A stretch of 64,000 nucleotides of DNA from Candidatus Woesearchaeota archaeon (GCA_016181265.1 JACOZP010000008.1:132583-196582); one strand, 5' to 3'; shown: positions 19,849 to 30,008, counted from the stretch's first letter. The notes: a model not told the origin generated them from the letters alone. Made by a program: numbers and translations.

Positions 19849-20002
19849 AATCACACCTCTTCCAAATCTCTTTTTATTTAAAGAGAATATAAGCTTAATA
19901 AATCTTTGGGTAAAGGCCAACTTTAGAAAATGTGTAGATTAATTTTTTCTTCAGAATTGAAGAAAAGTAAATTATTTATAGAGATAGCTGTTTTAAAATG
20001 TG

Positions 20003-21751
20003 ATGAACAAAGAAGGGAGCTGGGCAACAAAGATTCTGACAATCGTTCCTGAAATTAAGCAAGGCGTGGCGAGCGGCTTTTTAATATCATTATTTTATGA
20101 AAGTATTAAATTTATCCCAATAATTCTTCTTAAATTTATTATTGATTATTTTGTTACAGGAAAAACAGTCGCCACTCAACTGATATATGCAATAAGTGGT
20201 GTCTTTATCTCCTATGTTGTATTAGAATTGATAGAATACTTTTCTAAAAGAGCAGCATTCCGTTGGAATCTTCAATATGAAAAAACAATATTGCAAAAAG
20301 CAGAGAAGAAGTTATTAGAATTAGATATCGGATATCATGAGACTTTCAACACGGGAGCACAAGTCTCTAAAATTTCTAAAGGAGCACATCGCTTAGCGGA
20401 ACTGATTTGGTTCGCGTTTGAAGAATTTATACCAACACTAGTTCAATTGTTGATGACTGTTGGCTTATTGTTATATGAACAGTGGTTGCTTGCCGTGATC
20501 TTTGGTGTTTTTGTACCTCTAATCATCTGGATCACGATCTATGAAGGAAAAAAAGTGCAGCCGCTACGTCAACACTATCACCAAAAATATGATGAAGCAG
20601 TAGGTGAGTTGGGAGAAACTCTCTTTAATATATCCACTGTGAAGGATTATGTGCAGGAAAAACAACAAATCAAGAAATTTGAGCGACTCTTACAAGAGTA
20701 TTCTGCTTTAGCAGTCGCACGTCATGATTATTCTAGTCGTGTTTTAACTCTGCGTGATCTTCTCATAAATGGGGGGAGAGTAGCAACCCTTGGTTTTGCT
20801 TCTTATCTCGTAGTGCAAGGAGAATTAAGCGCGGGAAGTTTAGTCTTAGTATACACGCTGACAGAAAAAGCATTCTTGTCATTATATCGCATCGGAAGAC
20901 TTTATAGTTATCTTGGTGATGCAATGGAGTCAATCAACCGCCTAGCAAACTTGCTGCAAGAAAAAGCAACTGTGGCAAACATCCCTAATGCACAAACTGT
21001 CTCCCATCTGGAAGGAGCGATTGAGTTTAGAGGAACTGTTTTTTCTTACGGTGGAGAGAAAGAAGTTCTGAATAATTTCACATTAAAAATAGAACCCCAC
21101 CAGATTGTGGCATTGGTGGGAAGATCGGGATCGGGAAAAAGCACGGTCGCTAAACTCTTGCTGCGAAATTATGATGTTTCCACGGGTGAGATATTAGTTG
21201 ATGAGAAAGATATTAGGACCTATAAGATTGAAGATTATAAAAAGAGAATTGCGGTAGTATCACAGCAAGTGGAGATTTTTAATCGGAGTATTATGGATAA
21301 CATCCGTTTTGCAAAATTGGGTGCAACACGTGAGGAGGCTATCAGTGCAGCAAAAAAAGCGCATGCTCATGAATTTATTATGGATTTTCCACAAGGCTAT
21401 GATACGATCGTAGGGGAGAAAGGTGTGCGCCTCTCTGGTGGACAAAAACAGCGAGTTAGTATTGCTCGGGTATTGTTAAAGAGTCCGGATATGTACATTT
21501 TTGACGAGGCAACATCATCGCTGGATTCTGAATCAGAACAATATATCCAGAAATCAATTTTTTCAATTGCTGGGCAAAAGACAACTATTATTATCGCACA
21601 TCGTCTTTCGACGATCCGCAAAGCAAATCTGATTGTGGTTATGGATAAAGGAAGAGTAGTAGAACAAGGAACATATGAACAGTTACTGCAGAATAAAGGG
21701 GCGTTCTGGAAGATGATTCAATTGCAGGAAGGGGCAGAGTTGAGAGAGTAA
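20003..21751 (+). CDS. ABC exporter, fused permease and ATPase (MsbA/Sav1866-like)
   Basis: TM domain, Walker A GRSGSGKST, signature LSGGQKQR, DEATSSLD and IAHRLST. Confidence 0.93.
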   Translation: MNKEGSWATKILTIVPEIKQGVASGFLISLFYESIKFIPIILLKFIIDYFVTGKTVATQLIYAISGVFISYVVLELIEYFSKRAAFRWNLQYEKTILQKAEKKLLELDIGYHETFNTGAQVSKISKGAHRLAELIWFAFEEFIPTLVQLLMTVGLLLYEQWLLAVIFGVFVPLIIWITIYEGKKVQPLRQHYHQKYDEAVGELGETLFNISTVKDYVQEKQQIKKFERLLQEYSALAVARHDYSSRVLTLRDLLINGGRVATLGFASYLVVQGELSAGSLVLVYTLTEKAFLSLYRIGRLYSYLGDAMESINRLANLLQEKATVANIPNAQTVSHLEGAIEFRGTVFSYGGEKEVLNNFTLKIEPHQIVALVGRSGSGKSTVAKLLLRNYDVSTGEILVDEKDIRTYKIEDYKKRIAVVSQQVEIFNRSIMDNIRFAKLGATREEAISAAKKAHAHEFIMDFPQGYDTIVGEKGVRLSGGQKQRVSIARVLLKSPDMYIFDEATSSLDSESEQYIQKSIFSIAGQKTTIIIAHRLSTIRKANLIVVMDKGRVVEQGTYEQLLQNKGAFWKMIQLQEGAELRE

Positions 21752-21805
21752 ACTCTCTGATAATAACCATAATCTTTATATACAAACTTCCCGCTTTTGA
21801 GCAGA

Positions 21806-22342
21806 ATGGTCAATGAAGTGATTGAAACAGCACAATCATATTTTTATGATATCACCCTAGGGGTAGCGATCCTCTTTATTGGTTTTGCATTGGGTATTAT
21901 TGTGAAGAAAGTAGTGTTTAAAGTTCTCAAAGGAGCCGAACTGAATAAAGTTGTTAATCGAGTGGGAATCCGCCACGATCTAGAGAAATGGATCAGTTCT
22001 TTGGCATCGTTTATCATTTACTTGATCACGATCGTCTTTTTTATGAATTATCTCAACATAACGTCAATTGTGTTGTATTTAATTGTAGGCGCGGTATTGA
22101 TGCTTCTGATTCTTACTTTTCTCGTCGGTCTGAAAGATGTTATTCCCAATTTTGTGGCATGGGTTATCATCCAAAAGAGAGAATTGATCCACGAAGGAAG
22201 AAAGATCGATGTACGAGAGATATCCGGTACAGTGGAGAAGATAGGATATTTAGAAACAGAAATCAAGACGGAGAATGGAGATACACTCTACGTTCCAAAC
22301 TCATTATTTCTTAAATCAAAGATGAGGGTGCGGAAAGAATGA
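21806..22342 (+). CDS. mscS: MscS-family small-conductance mechanosensitive channel (short form)
   Basis: Three TM helices, KDVIPNFVA and G.VEKIGYLETEIKT.NGD..YVPNS. Confidence 0.8.
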   Translation: MVNEVIETAQSYFYDITLGVAILFIGFALGIIVKKVVFKVLKGAELNKVVNRVGIRHDLEKWISSLASFIIYLITIVFFMNYLNITSIVLYLIVGAVLMLLILTFLVGLKDVIPNFVAWVIIQKRELIHEGRKIDVREISGTVEKIGYLETEIKTENGDTLYVPNSLFLKSKMRVRKE

Positions 22343-22668
22343 TCGATATTGTCAATGATGTCTGGAAAGGCCGGAGGGATTATCTTCTTACCCATGGTGC
22401 GTTATCGAAACGTCCTGATCGAGGGAAGAATGAAAAAGTAAATATTCCCTGCTTTCGAGAGGATTTAGGCAGAGGGTTACTGTCTGATTATCAAGGGGAA
22501 TGGGTAGTGTATCATAAAGGTGTCTTGTGTGGGGTGAGTACGGATGGAAAAGAACTTTATGAAACAGCAATAGAGTATTATGGATCAACCAATCTCGCGG
22601 TATTTAGAGTTCCACGAAGTGGAGAAAATCTAGAAAAAATGTTTGATGATGCTCAAGGTCAATTCTAA
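22339..22668 (+). CDS. Hypothetical protein with a DUF5678-like domain
   Basis: YQGEWVVYHKGVLCGVSTDGKELYE pattern; ATGA overlap with mscS. Confidence 0.55.
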   Translation: MIDIVNDVWKGRRDYLLTHGALSKRPDRGKNEKVNIPCFREDLGRGLLSDYQGEWVVYHKGVLCGVSTDGKELYETAIEYYGSTNLAVFRVPRSGENLEKMFDDAQGQF

Positions 22669-22673
22669 CGCTT

Positions 22674-22916
22674 CTATCTCTTTATACTTTCCAGAAGACT
22701 AACGACATCCCAGACCTGTGTCCGATGATAGGAGGAAAGGTCAAGAGTGTTAAGTTCTTCTAATTCTAAGAGGGCTTTTTCAACAGCAAGTTCAGCGTTG
22801 CTGTTAAGAAGCGAAACAATCGCTGCGGTCCGTTCGCGGAAGACTTTTCCAGAATCTTCATCATCGATGAGACTTTGAAGAAGTTCAACGACATCTTGGA
22901 TTATTTTTGTTTTCAT
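22674..22916 (-). CDS. UPF0147-family protein
   Basis: Three-helix pattern ending RTQVWDVVSLLES. Confidence 0.75.
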   Translation of the reverse strand: MKTKIIQDVVELLQSLIDDEDSGKVFRERTAAIVSLLNSNAELAVEKALLELEELNTLDLSSYHRTQVWDVVSLLESIKR

Positions 22917-23236
22917 TTTTTCTGCTGTAGTTCTTTGACAGCTTCTTCTTGTACGGATTCTATGCTTCTTTTTATATTTTCTTCTTGCTTAAGCAAATTC
23001 TTAAGGCGAAGTTCAGCGATCTCTTTCTTCTGTTGAAGATCAAGAAGAAGATTTTGAGGTGGAGAAGCGATCATGATCTTTCCGACAATTTTGTATGCTT
23101 TATCGGTTTTACCAAGTTCTTCACAGGCAGAATTAAGTTCGATCAGCGCTGATTCTTGCTGTTGTTTTTGGAGAAGGATATTTTGCATATTCTGCTGCAA
23201 CAGCTGTAACTGATCTATTTTTGAATGAGTAGCCAT
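22913..23236 (-). CDS. pfdB: Prefoldin beta subunit
   Basis: Coiled coil, AYKIVGKIMI hairpin, coiled coil; usual position after rpl37ae/rpoP. Confidence 0.9.
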   Translation of the reverse strand: MATHSKIDQLQLLQQNMQNILLQKQQQESALIELNSACEELGKTDKAYKIVGKIMIASPPQNLLLDLQQKKEIAELRLKNLLKQEENIKRSIESVQEEAVKELQQKK

Positions 23237-23281
23237 GAGAGTGGTACCTCTTGTATTTTAAACCGGGAAGGGAAAAAGAGT

Positions 23282-23416
23282 TTAACGAGCTTTGACGTGG
23301 TTAACAGTACGACGGTCTTTGTACAGAATCTTACCACCACAGTAAGGGCAACGGACTTTCGTCCGAGTATATTCATCTTCTACTTTTTTTCCGCAATCAA
23401 AACAGACGTAATACAT
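23282..23416 (-). CDS. rpo12: RNA polymerase subunit Rpo12 (RpoP)
   Basis: Below the track length cutoff. Hand translation: MYYVCFDCGKKVEDEYTRTKVRCPYCGGKILYKDRRTVNHVKAR*. Confidence 0.93.
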   Translation of the reverse strand: MYYVCFDCGKKVEDEYTRTKVRCPYCGGKILYKDRRTVNHVKAR

Positions 23417-23426
23417 TGTGCACCTT

Positions 23427-23624
23427 TTAGATTGTATATGCCTTACCGGCAAACTTGACGCTACATTTACGACACTGCCAGATGCCCATCGCGAGACGCT
23501 TTACAGCGGTTTTACTGCAAGAAGGACATTTATGAGCAGAACGTTGAATCGCTTCAATCTGACCAAACTTTTTCTTGGGTTTTGTCCCGTAACGGGTGCC
23601 GAAACGTTTTGTTGAAGTTGTCAT
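23427..23624 (-). CDS. rpl37ae: 50S ribosomal protein eL43 (L37Ae)
   Basis: RFGTRYG, CPSC..AVKR...GIWQCRKC..KFAGKAY. Confidence 0.95.
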   Translation of the reverse strand: MTTSTKRFGTRYGTKPKKKFGQIEAIQRSAHKCPSCSKTAVKRLAMGIWQCRKCSVKFAGKAYTI

Positions 23625-23647
23625 GATAATTCCCTCATAAGATAGAG

Positions 23648-23812
23648 TGGGGCTGCCCGGAATTTCGTGAAATTATTCATTTCCGTTCGAACCGGGGTTC
23701 AATGGTTTTTTTGTTGTTCCGGTCATCGCCGAAGGCTCACCCAAACCATTAGTGATAGTTGCTCGAAAATGACTATTTGAGAGTCATCTTCACCAGGCTA
23801 CACTACAGCCCC
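23648..23812 (-). tRNA. tRNA-Pro(UGG) with three introns (D loop ~23792-23759; 37/38 ~23739-23707; T loop 59/60 23685-23662)
   Basis: On the minus strand: acceptor GGGGCTG/CAGCCCC-A, anticodon arm AATGG-TTTGGGA-CCATT and T arm CCCGG-TTCGAAT-CCGGG, each recovered after removing an insert; TTTATAAA promoter immediately upstream. Confidence 0.85.
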
Positions 23813-23878
23813 ACAGTTTATTTATAAACTTTTGTGTTAAAAAGGGCACTATATTAAAAATCTTTCTTCTGTGGGGAG

Positions 23879-24919
23879 TCAGAACGGGGAAACAGTCAAT
23901 CTTTTCGTAGCTTTAGTTAATACTTCTAGTTTCTTTCCGTTCCAGACTATGGTGTCTTCTATTCTAATACCAAATTTGCTGGGAAAATAGATGCCTGGTT
24001 CGATTGTAAATGGGATATTTTTGGTGACGGTTGCTTTTGGATCAGAAAAAGATGGTCCTTCATGGACTTCTATACCTATTCCATGGCCTAACGCGTGATT
24101 GAATGTAGAAGCGTATTTGCCGAGCTTCTGGCGAGCGATTCTATCTAATTCAGAGAGAAATATCCCCTCTTCCACAGCTTCAAGGGAAGCCTGCTGGGAT
24201 CCGGCGAGCAGACGATACATTTCTTCTTCCTCGTGAGTCGGTTTACCAAGGAGAATAGTGCGGCTCATATCGGCGCAATAACTATTGATACGAGCACCAA
24301 AATCAAGTAATAAAACGCCTCGTCTGAGAGGGGTGATAGAAGTGATGTGATGAGGGATAGCCGCATTTCTACCGGCAGCAACGATCGTGGGGAAGGCGAT
24401 AGTTCCACCATTTTTACGGATGTGTGTCTCAAGGAAGAGGGCAACGTCTTGTTCTGTTTTTAATTTTCGATGAGGGAGTTCTCTAATGAGCGCGTCAAAT
24501 GCTGCAGTTGTCAGATCACATGCTCTCTTTATCATAAGGATTTCTGGAGGGACTTTTTCCAGACGGAGTTGTTCTAAAGAGGAAGAGATGTCTTTTATTT
24601 TCGCTTTAGGGAAGATCTTTCTGACCCTGTCTAAGTTCTCCACGGTGAGATTACTTTTGTTGATGCCCACAGACTTAAACTGTTTACTGCCGTATTTTTT
24701 TGACCATCCTTTGGCAAGGTAGTGGACAGTAATTCCTTTTTTCTGAGGCTTATGGTCAAGAGGGGAGATGAGAAGAATAGCTTTCCGGGGAGTGATCAAA
24801 AAATAACCTCCTGTAAACTCTCTCCCGATAAAATATGGGACAGCAGGGTCCGTATAGTTAAAGAAGGCAAGATCAATCTTCTGTTGAGTAAGAAGCCGTT
24901 GAAATTGGAGTAGTTTCAT
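23879..24919 (-). CDS. Xaa-Pro aminopeptidase (M24 family)
   Basis: AAIPHH, LLDFGA...YCADMSRT, HALGHGIGIEVHE, TIEPGIY and GIRIED. Confidence 0.92.
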   Translation of the reverse strand: MKLLQFQRLLTQQKIDLAFFNYTDPAVPYFIGREFTGGYFLITPRKAILLISPLDHKPQKKGITVHYLAKGWSKKYGSKQFKSVGINKSNLTVENLDRVRKIFPKAKIKDISSSLEQLRLEKVPPEILMIKRACDLTTAAFDALIRELPHRKLKTEQDVALFLETHIRKNGGTIAFPTIVAAGRNAAIPHHITSITPLRRGVLLLDFGARINSYCADMSRTILLGKPTHEEEEMYRLLAGSQQASLEAVEEGIFLSELDRIARQKLGKYASTFNHALGHGIGIEVHEGPSFSDPKATVTKNIPFTIEPGIYFPSKFGIRIEDTIVWNGKKLEVLTKATKRLTVSPF

Positions 24920-24997
24920 GAAGGGAAGAAGGGAAGATATCTTCTTAAATCCTTCTTTTTCAAAACACATATAAACCTTAAAAAAATAAGTAGATCT

Positions 24998-26203
24998 ATG
25001 CAAAAAGTGGTCTTAGGAAATGGGTTAACGATCATTCATCAGCGCAAGCCAGGAAATTCGGTAGTGGTTGAGGTGATGGTGAAAGTAGGTAGTAACCATG
25101 AACTACCAGAGGAAAGAGGGATCTCACATTTCTTGGAACACATTTTATTTGAGGGGACGACAAAAAGGCCCACTAATCGAGAGATTTCTAATGAGATTGA
25201 GAAGATTGGAGGAGACTTTAATGCGTATACCACAAATGAGAGGACATGTTTCTATGTGAAAGTCCTAAGAAAACACTTTCACAAAGCGGTAGAGATTCTA
25301 GCAGAGATATTACAACAGCCGCTTTTCGCAAAAGAACATATCGAGAAAGAGAAGAATATTGTGTTAAAAGAGATTGATATGGTTCATGACGAACCGAGCT
25401 ATTACCAATGGATTTTATTACAACAAAACTTGTTTAAGAAAGCACCCTGCCAATTTCCGACTTATGGTGACAGAAAAGTTATCAAGAATCTGACGCGGGA
25501 GATGGTGCTGGCGTATTTTCAGAAACATTATGCGCCAAACAATATGGTTATTTCTATTGTAGGAGATGTAGGAAACTGGAAGAAGGAAGTGACAACTCAT
25601 TTTACGATGGAAAAGAGAACAGTGCCTCGACAGGGATACCCAGAAGAACCGATAGCGAACAAGAATCAAGAGATCGTTGAGAAAAGAAAGAATATTGCCA
25701 ATACCTACACGGTTTTAGGTTTCAAAACAGTCCCGCGAGGACATCACGATACATATGCGCTGGAAGTGTTGAATGGGATTCTCGGTCGGGGACAAAGTGG
25801 CAGGATGTTTATTGAAATCAGGAGTAATCGGGGATTAGCTTATGAAGTAGGAACACAGCATTTCGCAGATGTGAATTTTGGTTTTTTCGCAGTCTATGCT
25901 TCGATCGATCGAAAAAATAAGAAATTGGTGAAACAGATCATTCTAGAAGAAATCGAAAAGATAAAACACTGTACGGACGATGATCTAGAAGAAGCGAGGA
26001 CATATGTGGAGGGAAGTTATCTCTTAGACATGGAAGATGGCCAGAAGATCGCCGACCAGTTATTGTTCTGGGAACAGGTAAGAGATGTGAAGTTAATGGA
26101 TGATTTCTTGAAGAAAATTAAAAAGGTCAGTAAGCAGGATCTGGTGAGAGTGATTAATACTTATTTTAAGTATCATACGTTTGTGGTGTTGAGAGGGAAG
26201 TGA
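24998..26203 (+). CDS. M16-family zinc peptidase
   Basis: Inverted zinc motif HFLEH, FNAYT and EIRSNRGLAY. Confidence 0.93.
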   Translation: MQKVVLGNGLTIIHQRKPGNSVVVEVMVKVGSNHELPEERGISHFLEHILFEGTTKRPTNREISNEIEKIGGDFNAYTTNERTCFYVKVLRKHFHKAVEILAEILQQPLFAKEHIEKEKNIVLKEIDMVHDEPSYYQWILLQQNLFKKAPCQFPTYGDRKVIKNLTREMVLAYFQKHYAPNNMVISIVGDVGNWKKEVTTHFTMEKRTVPRQGYPEEPIANKNQEIVEKRKNIANTYTVLGFKTVPRGHHDTYALEVLNGILGRGQSGRMFIEIRSNRGLAYEVGTQHFADVNFGFFAVYASIDRKNKKLVKQIILEEIEKIKHCTDDDLEEARTYVEGSYLLDMEDGQKIADQLLFWEQVRDVKLMDDFLKKIKKVSKQDLVRVINTYFKYHTFVVLRGK

Positions 26204-26261
26204 GAGAAGTACTGTTAAAAAGTATTGGCTTCCTAAAGTGAGTGTCGGTTAGGCAGATAAT

Positions 26262-27281
26262 TTAGGTATACGCCGTCTTCGCGATCTTCTCTAATTTTTC
26301 TTTATTTTTCTGGAAGACAGAAAGGAGATTATTGACTTCTTTAGCAAGAGCCATCTTCAAATCTAAAGGGTGAAGTTTTTTCTGTACAAATGCTTCTTCG
26401 ATCTCTTCATAGGTAGAAAAAGAGACGTTGCCTCCAAACTTCACTGGACGCTCAATAGTAAAGTTCTCTTTACGATCAGTTTTGATGACCATAATCACAT
26501 TTTTGAGAAAGGCTAATACGCCATTGTCCTCGACGATACCTTCTTCACAATGGGCACCTTTTATCTTGTCCATTACAGCTTTCTCATCATCGAGCAAATC
26601 TATTTTTGACTTGGGGTCAGACGATGACATTTTCTTGCCGACCAAACCAGGAATCAGTGGAGTCATAACCTCTACCCGATGTTTGTAATTCAGTTTAGGT
26701 AGGTTTTCGCGCGCAAACATGAGGATCTTACGTTGATCTACTCCTCCATATTGAATATCTACATCAAGATATTGCTCATCTAAAGATTGCATCAGTGGGT
26801 AAATCAAGCCGCTTAATTTTGGATTGTCGCCAAATTTAACTACCTCAGAAGCGGATTTCATCGCATCATGGACAGAGGTAAATGTAGCCATCTTTAACAT
26901 ATCTATCATGTAATCTTTATTGAGTTGATAAGAAGAGCCTTTAACTAGTTCGATATTTTCAATGTCAGCACCGACGGCAGCGAACATCAGAGGGATAACT
27001 GCACTGTAATAAGCGTACCGTTTTTCCAAGACATCCCAGGGGCAGTTGTCTAATGCTCCGTGAAGATCAGCAAGAAGAACTTTAACTTTGAAACCCGCTT
27101 TAAGAAAGTCGGACATTTTCAATACCCAGACAAAATAACCGATGTGTGGACGTCCAGTGATGGCTGTGCCAAGATATACGGACGGCTGTTTTTTTGCTTT
27201 GAGAAGATTAAGAAGCTCTTCTTCCGTGACGATCTCTTGCGTATTGCGTTTGATGAGGTTAAAACGGTCTTTGATGTCCAT
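26262..27281 (-). CDS. tyrS: Tyrosyl-tRNA synthetase (archaeal/eukaryotic type)
   Basis: HIGY, LADLH, YPLMQ.LD, GGVDQRKI, KMSSS and LHPLDLK. Confidence 0.96.
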   Translation of the reverse strand: MDIKDRFNLIKRNTQEIVTEEELLNLLKAKKQPSVYLGTAITGRPHIGYFVWVLKMSDFLKAGFKVKVLLADLHGALDNCPWDVLEKRYAYYSAVIPLMFAAVGADIENIELVKGSSYQLNKDYMIDMLKMATFTSVHDAMKSASEVVKFGDNPKLSGLIYPLMQSLDEQYLDVDIQYGGVDQRKILMFARENLPKLNYKHRVEVMTPLIPGLVGKKMSSSDPKSKIDLLDDEKAVMDKIKGAHCEEGIVEDNGVLAFLKNVIMVIKTDRKENFTIERPVKFGGNVSFSTYEEIEEAFVQKKLHPLDLKMALAKEVNNLLSVFQKNKEKLEKIAKTAYT

Positions 27282-27313
27282 GACCGCTAGAAATGATGAG
27301 GAGTATAAAATAG

Positions 27314-27844
27314 TTACTGTTCTAGCACACGGAGACCTTTTCCCTCAAATTTATTTGCGCTAACCCAATACTGAAGAAAATGAGATATGTTTTCTTGTGC
27401 TGAGTAAGGAACTTGGCAAGCAGGGATCGTAGTAAGAGGGAAGTCTTCTTTACCGGAAGTCATTCTTACATCAAAATGGCGCTTCCCCTCCAGAGCTGTC
27501 GGTTTGAGAACAACGATGCCAAAGAATGGTTCGACAACATGTTGTTCACAGAATTGATAGAAATCTGACGAATATTCTCTTGAGGAATACTGAAGCCAAG
27601 GGATGACGCAAACATCTTTTTGGTGGGAAACTAAGTATTTGTATACCAGAGATTGGTGTTGATCAGGAGAGAGAAGATCAAACGCTTTTCCACTTCTAAT
27701 CGATGTAGTTGAGTACCAACGGGAATCTGCATATCCGGCGACGAGAATTCCTGAAGGAAGAGGAGTGGCATGGGGATCATAGTTAGACCATAACATTCGT
27801 TGGACGGATGGTGTGACAACTAGATTTGCCAGCGTTTCTGTCAT
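27314..27844 (-). CDS. Hypothetical protein
   Basis: 176-aa ORF filling the gap, with its own upstream TATA-like box. Confidence 0.55.
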   Translation of the reverse strand: MTETLANLVVTPSVQRMLWSNYDPHATPLPSGILVAGYADSRWYSTTSIRSGKAFDLLSPDQHQSLVYKYLVSHQKDVCVIPWLQYSSREYSSDFYQFCEQHVVEPFFGIVVLKPTALEGKRHFDVRMTSGKEDFPLTTIPACQVPYSAQENISHFLQYWVSANKFEGKGLRVLEQ

Positions 27845-27978
27845 ATTAGCCTTTTGAGAGAAGAGGTATTTATGTTTTTGGTTTTGGTATCAGGGAGAAG
27901 AGATGGGATTATCACTGCATTTCTGTCGCAAAATATAAATAGAAACGCGTTATTAGCAGATAACGGGGGTAGAACAGC

Positions 27979-28623
27979 ATGATAAAAGTACTTTTCTTTG
28001 ATTTTTGGGGAACATTAGTAGAGAATGGGGTCTGGAGCCCAATTAAACAGGTAAAAACGATTTTGGGAATTAAAGATCCTTTCTCTGAATACGTAGTAAA
28101 GATGGAAAAGGCGATGATGACGAGATCTTTCTCTTCGTTAAGGGAGGCATTTCAAGCATTATGTGTTGAATTTAATGTTTCTTGCACGGAAGAGAATTTA
28201 GACCTATTGGTAGGGATGTGGAACAAATCATGGATGTTAGCAAAACCATACGAAGAGGTAGTGGAAGTATTGCAACAGCTCACGCAAGATTATACGTTGG
28301 TGTTAGTCTCCAATACGGATTGCTTCTCGATCAATTCTGTCTTGGAGAAATATGCATTGAAACAATACTTTGAGAAAATTGTTTTCTCATGTGAGATAGG
28401 AAAGATTAAAACAGATGAAGATTTCTTTCCGACTGTGCTTAGAGAACTGCAGGTATCGCCGGAGGAATGTTTGATGGTTGGAGATAGTCTGCAGAGTGAT
28501 ATCGAGCCTGCAGAAAGAGTAGGGATGCATGCGGTGTTGGTTGACCGTAAAAATTCGCGAGAACATGGACATAAAATCAGTTCTCTGAGAGAATTGGAGA
28601 AGAAGATAGGAGAATTGCAGTAG
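27979..28623 (+). CDS. HAD-superfamily hydrolase
   Basis: FDFWGTLV, VSNT, K and MVGDSLQSDI motifs. Confidence 0.9.
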   Translation: MIKVLFFDFWGTLVENGVWSPIKQVKTILGIKDPFSEYVVKMEKAMMTRSFSSLREAFQALCVEFNVSCTEENLDLLVGMWNKSWMLAKPYEEVVEVLQQLTQDYTLVLVSNTDCFSINSVLEKYALKQYFEKIVFSCEIGKIKTDEDFFPTVLRELQVSPEECLMVGDSLQSDIEPAERVGMHAVLVDRKNSREHGHKISSLRELEKKIGELQ

Positions 28624-29514
28624 ATGACAGAAATCATATTTTTAGGGACGGGATGTATGCAGCCGACAAAGCTCCGTAATCATGCGGGGGTTCTACTGCA
28701 ACATGGAACGGAGCATATCTTATTTGATTGTGGTGAAGGAATCCAACGGCAGATGAGAGTAGCGGGTGTAAAGCCAGCGAAGATCACTAGGTTATGCATC
28801 AGTCACTTCCACGGAGATCACGTTTTTGGAATACCTGGTCTGTTAAGTAGTATGGGGGCTGATCAATTTGCAAGCAAGCTGCATATCTATGGTCCGAAAG
28901 GGACAAAGCTTTATCTTCAAAATTTTCTGGAAGCATTTGCGGCAAAGGATATCATTGAACATGAAGTCCATGAAGTGACCTCGGGTGTTATTTTAGACGA
29001 GGAAACATTTACTATCGAAGCGAAGCCGTTAAAACATTCCGTACCCTGTATCGGCTATCGTTTTCAAGAAAAAGATAAGCGAAGAATCCACGTGGCGAAG
29101 ACGGAAAAATTAGGATTAGAGGGACCACTCTTAGGAAAACTACAGGAAGGAAAGAGCGTGGAATGGAAAGGAAAGACGATCAGAGCAGATGAAGTAACTT
29201 ATATTGTTCCAGGGAAGAGTGTGAGTTATGTGACTGATACTGCGCCTTGCAATGGGGCTGTGGCGCTAGCAAAAGATGTTGATGTCTTAATCATCGAGGG
29301 GACGCTGCTAGATAATCTTCGAGTAAATGCAGAAAAATCGCTCCATCTGACGGTGAAACAAGCAGCATTGATCGCATCAGAGAACAATGTGAAAAAGTTA
29401 GTGATTACACATATCAGCCAACGGTATAAGACGAATAATGAGATCATGGAAGAAGCACAGACTTATTTTGAAGGAGCAGTCGTGGCCGAAGATTTTATGA
29501 AGATTAAAGTGTAG
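28624..29514 (+). CDS. rnz: Ribonuclease Z
   Basis: FLGTG, FDCGEG, SHFHGDH, flexible arm, YVTDT and THISQRY. Confidence 0.95.
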   Translation: MTEIIFLGTGCMQPTKLRNHAGVLLQHGTEHILFDCGEGIQRQMRVAGVKPAKITRLCISHFHGDHVFGIPGLLSSMGADQFASKLHIYGPKGTKLYLQNFLEAFAAKDIIEHEVHEVTSGVILDEETFTIEAKPLKHSVPCIGYRFQEKDKRRIHVAKTEKLGLEGPLLGKLQEGKSVEWKGKTIRADEVTYIVPGKSVSYVTDTAPCNGAVALAKDVDVLIIEGTLLDNLRVNAEKSLHLTVKQAALIASENNVKKLVITHISQRYKTNNEIMEEAQTYFEGAVVAEDFMKIKV

Positions 29515-29539
29515 ATTTGAATAATAAGTCCGGTGAAAG

Positions 29540-30007
29540 ATGTTTCAAATTAGAAAATTCAGATCTGATGATGCGGTTTCTTTAGCCCGATTACATCGAG
29601 GAACAATCCGTTCAATTAATAAGAAAGATTATACACCAAGGGAAATCACTGTTTGGTCAGGAAGAAGTTCAGCAAAGCGTTTTCGAAATCTGGGAGAGAT
29701 AAATCAACGATATGTTGCTTTAGAAAGTAGAAAGATTGTGGGTTTTGCAGACTATAAAGATCATGAGTTGATGGGATTATACATCCACAAGAATTTTTTA
29801 GGAAAAGGGATTGGTAAGAAATTATTGATGAAGATTGAAAGAGAAGTTTATGCGAATGGGGGGAGAACGCTGAAATGTATATCGACAATCACGGCACGTC
29901 CTTTTTATGAGAAGAACGGATTTAAAGTAGTCAAGAAGGCTATTCATCAAATAAAAGATCAGAAATTACCTGTTTTTGAAATGAGAAAAAAGCTGATAAG
30001 AAAATGA
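29540..30007 (+). CDS. GNAT-family acetyltransferase
   Basis: LYIHKNFLGKGIGKKL and ARPFYEKNGF. Confidence 0.88.
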   Translation: MFQIRKFRSDDAVSLARLHRGTIRSINKKDYTPREITVWSGRSSAKRFRNLGEINQRYVALESRKIVGFADYKDHELMGLYIHKNFLGKGIGKKLLMKIEREVYANGGRTLKCISTITARPFYEKNGFKVVKKAIHQIKDQKLPVFEMRKKLIRK

Positions 30008-30008
30008 A

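Noticed and set aside
23225-23615. Plus-strand ORFs 23225-23458 and 23418-23615
   Set aside because: They are antisense to Rpo12 and eL43, which explain the region.
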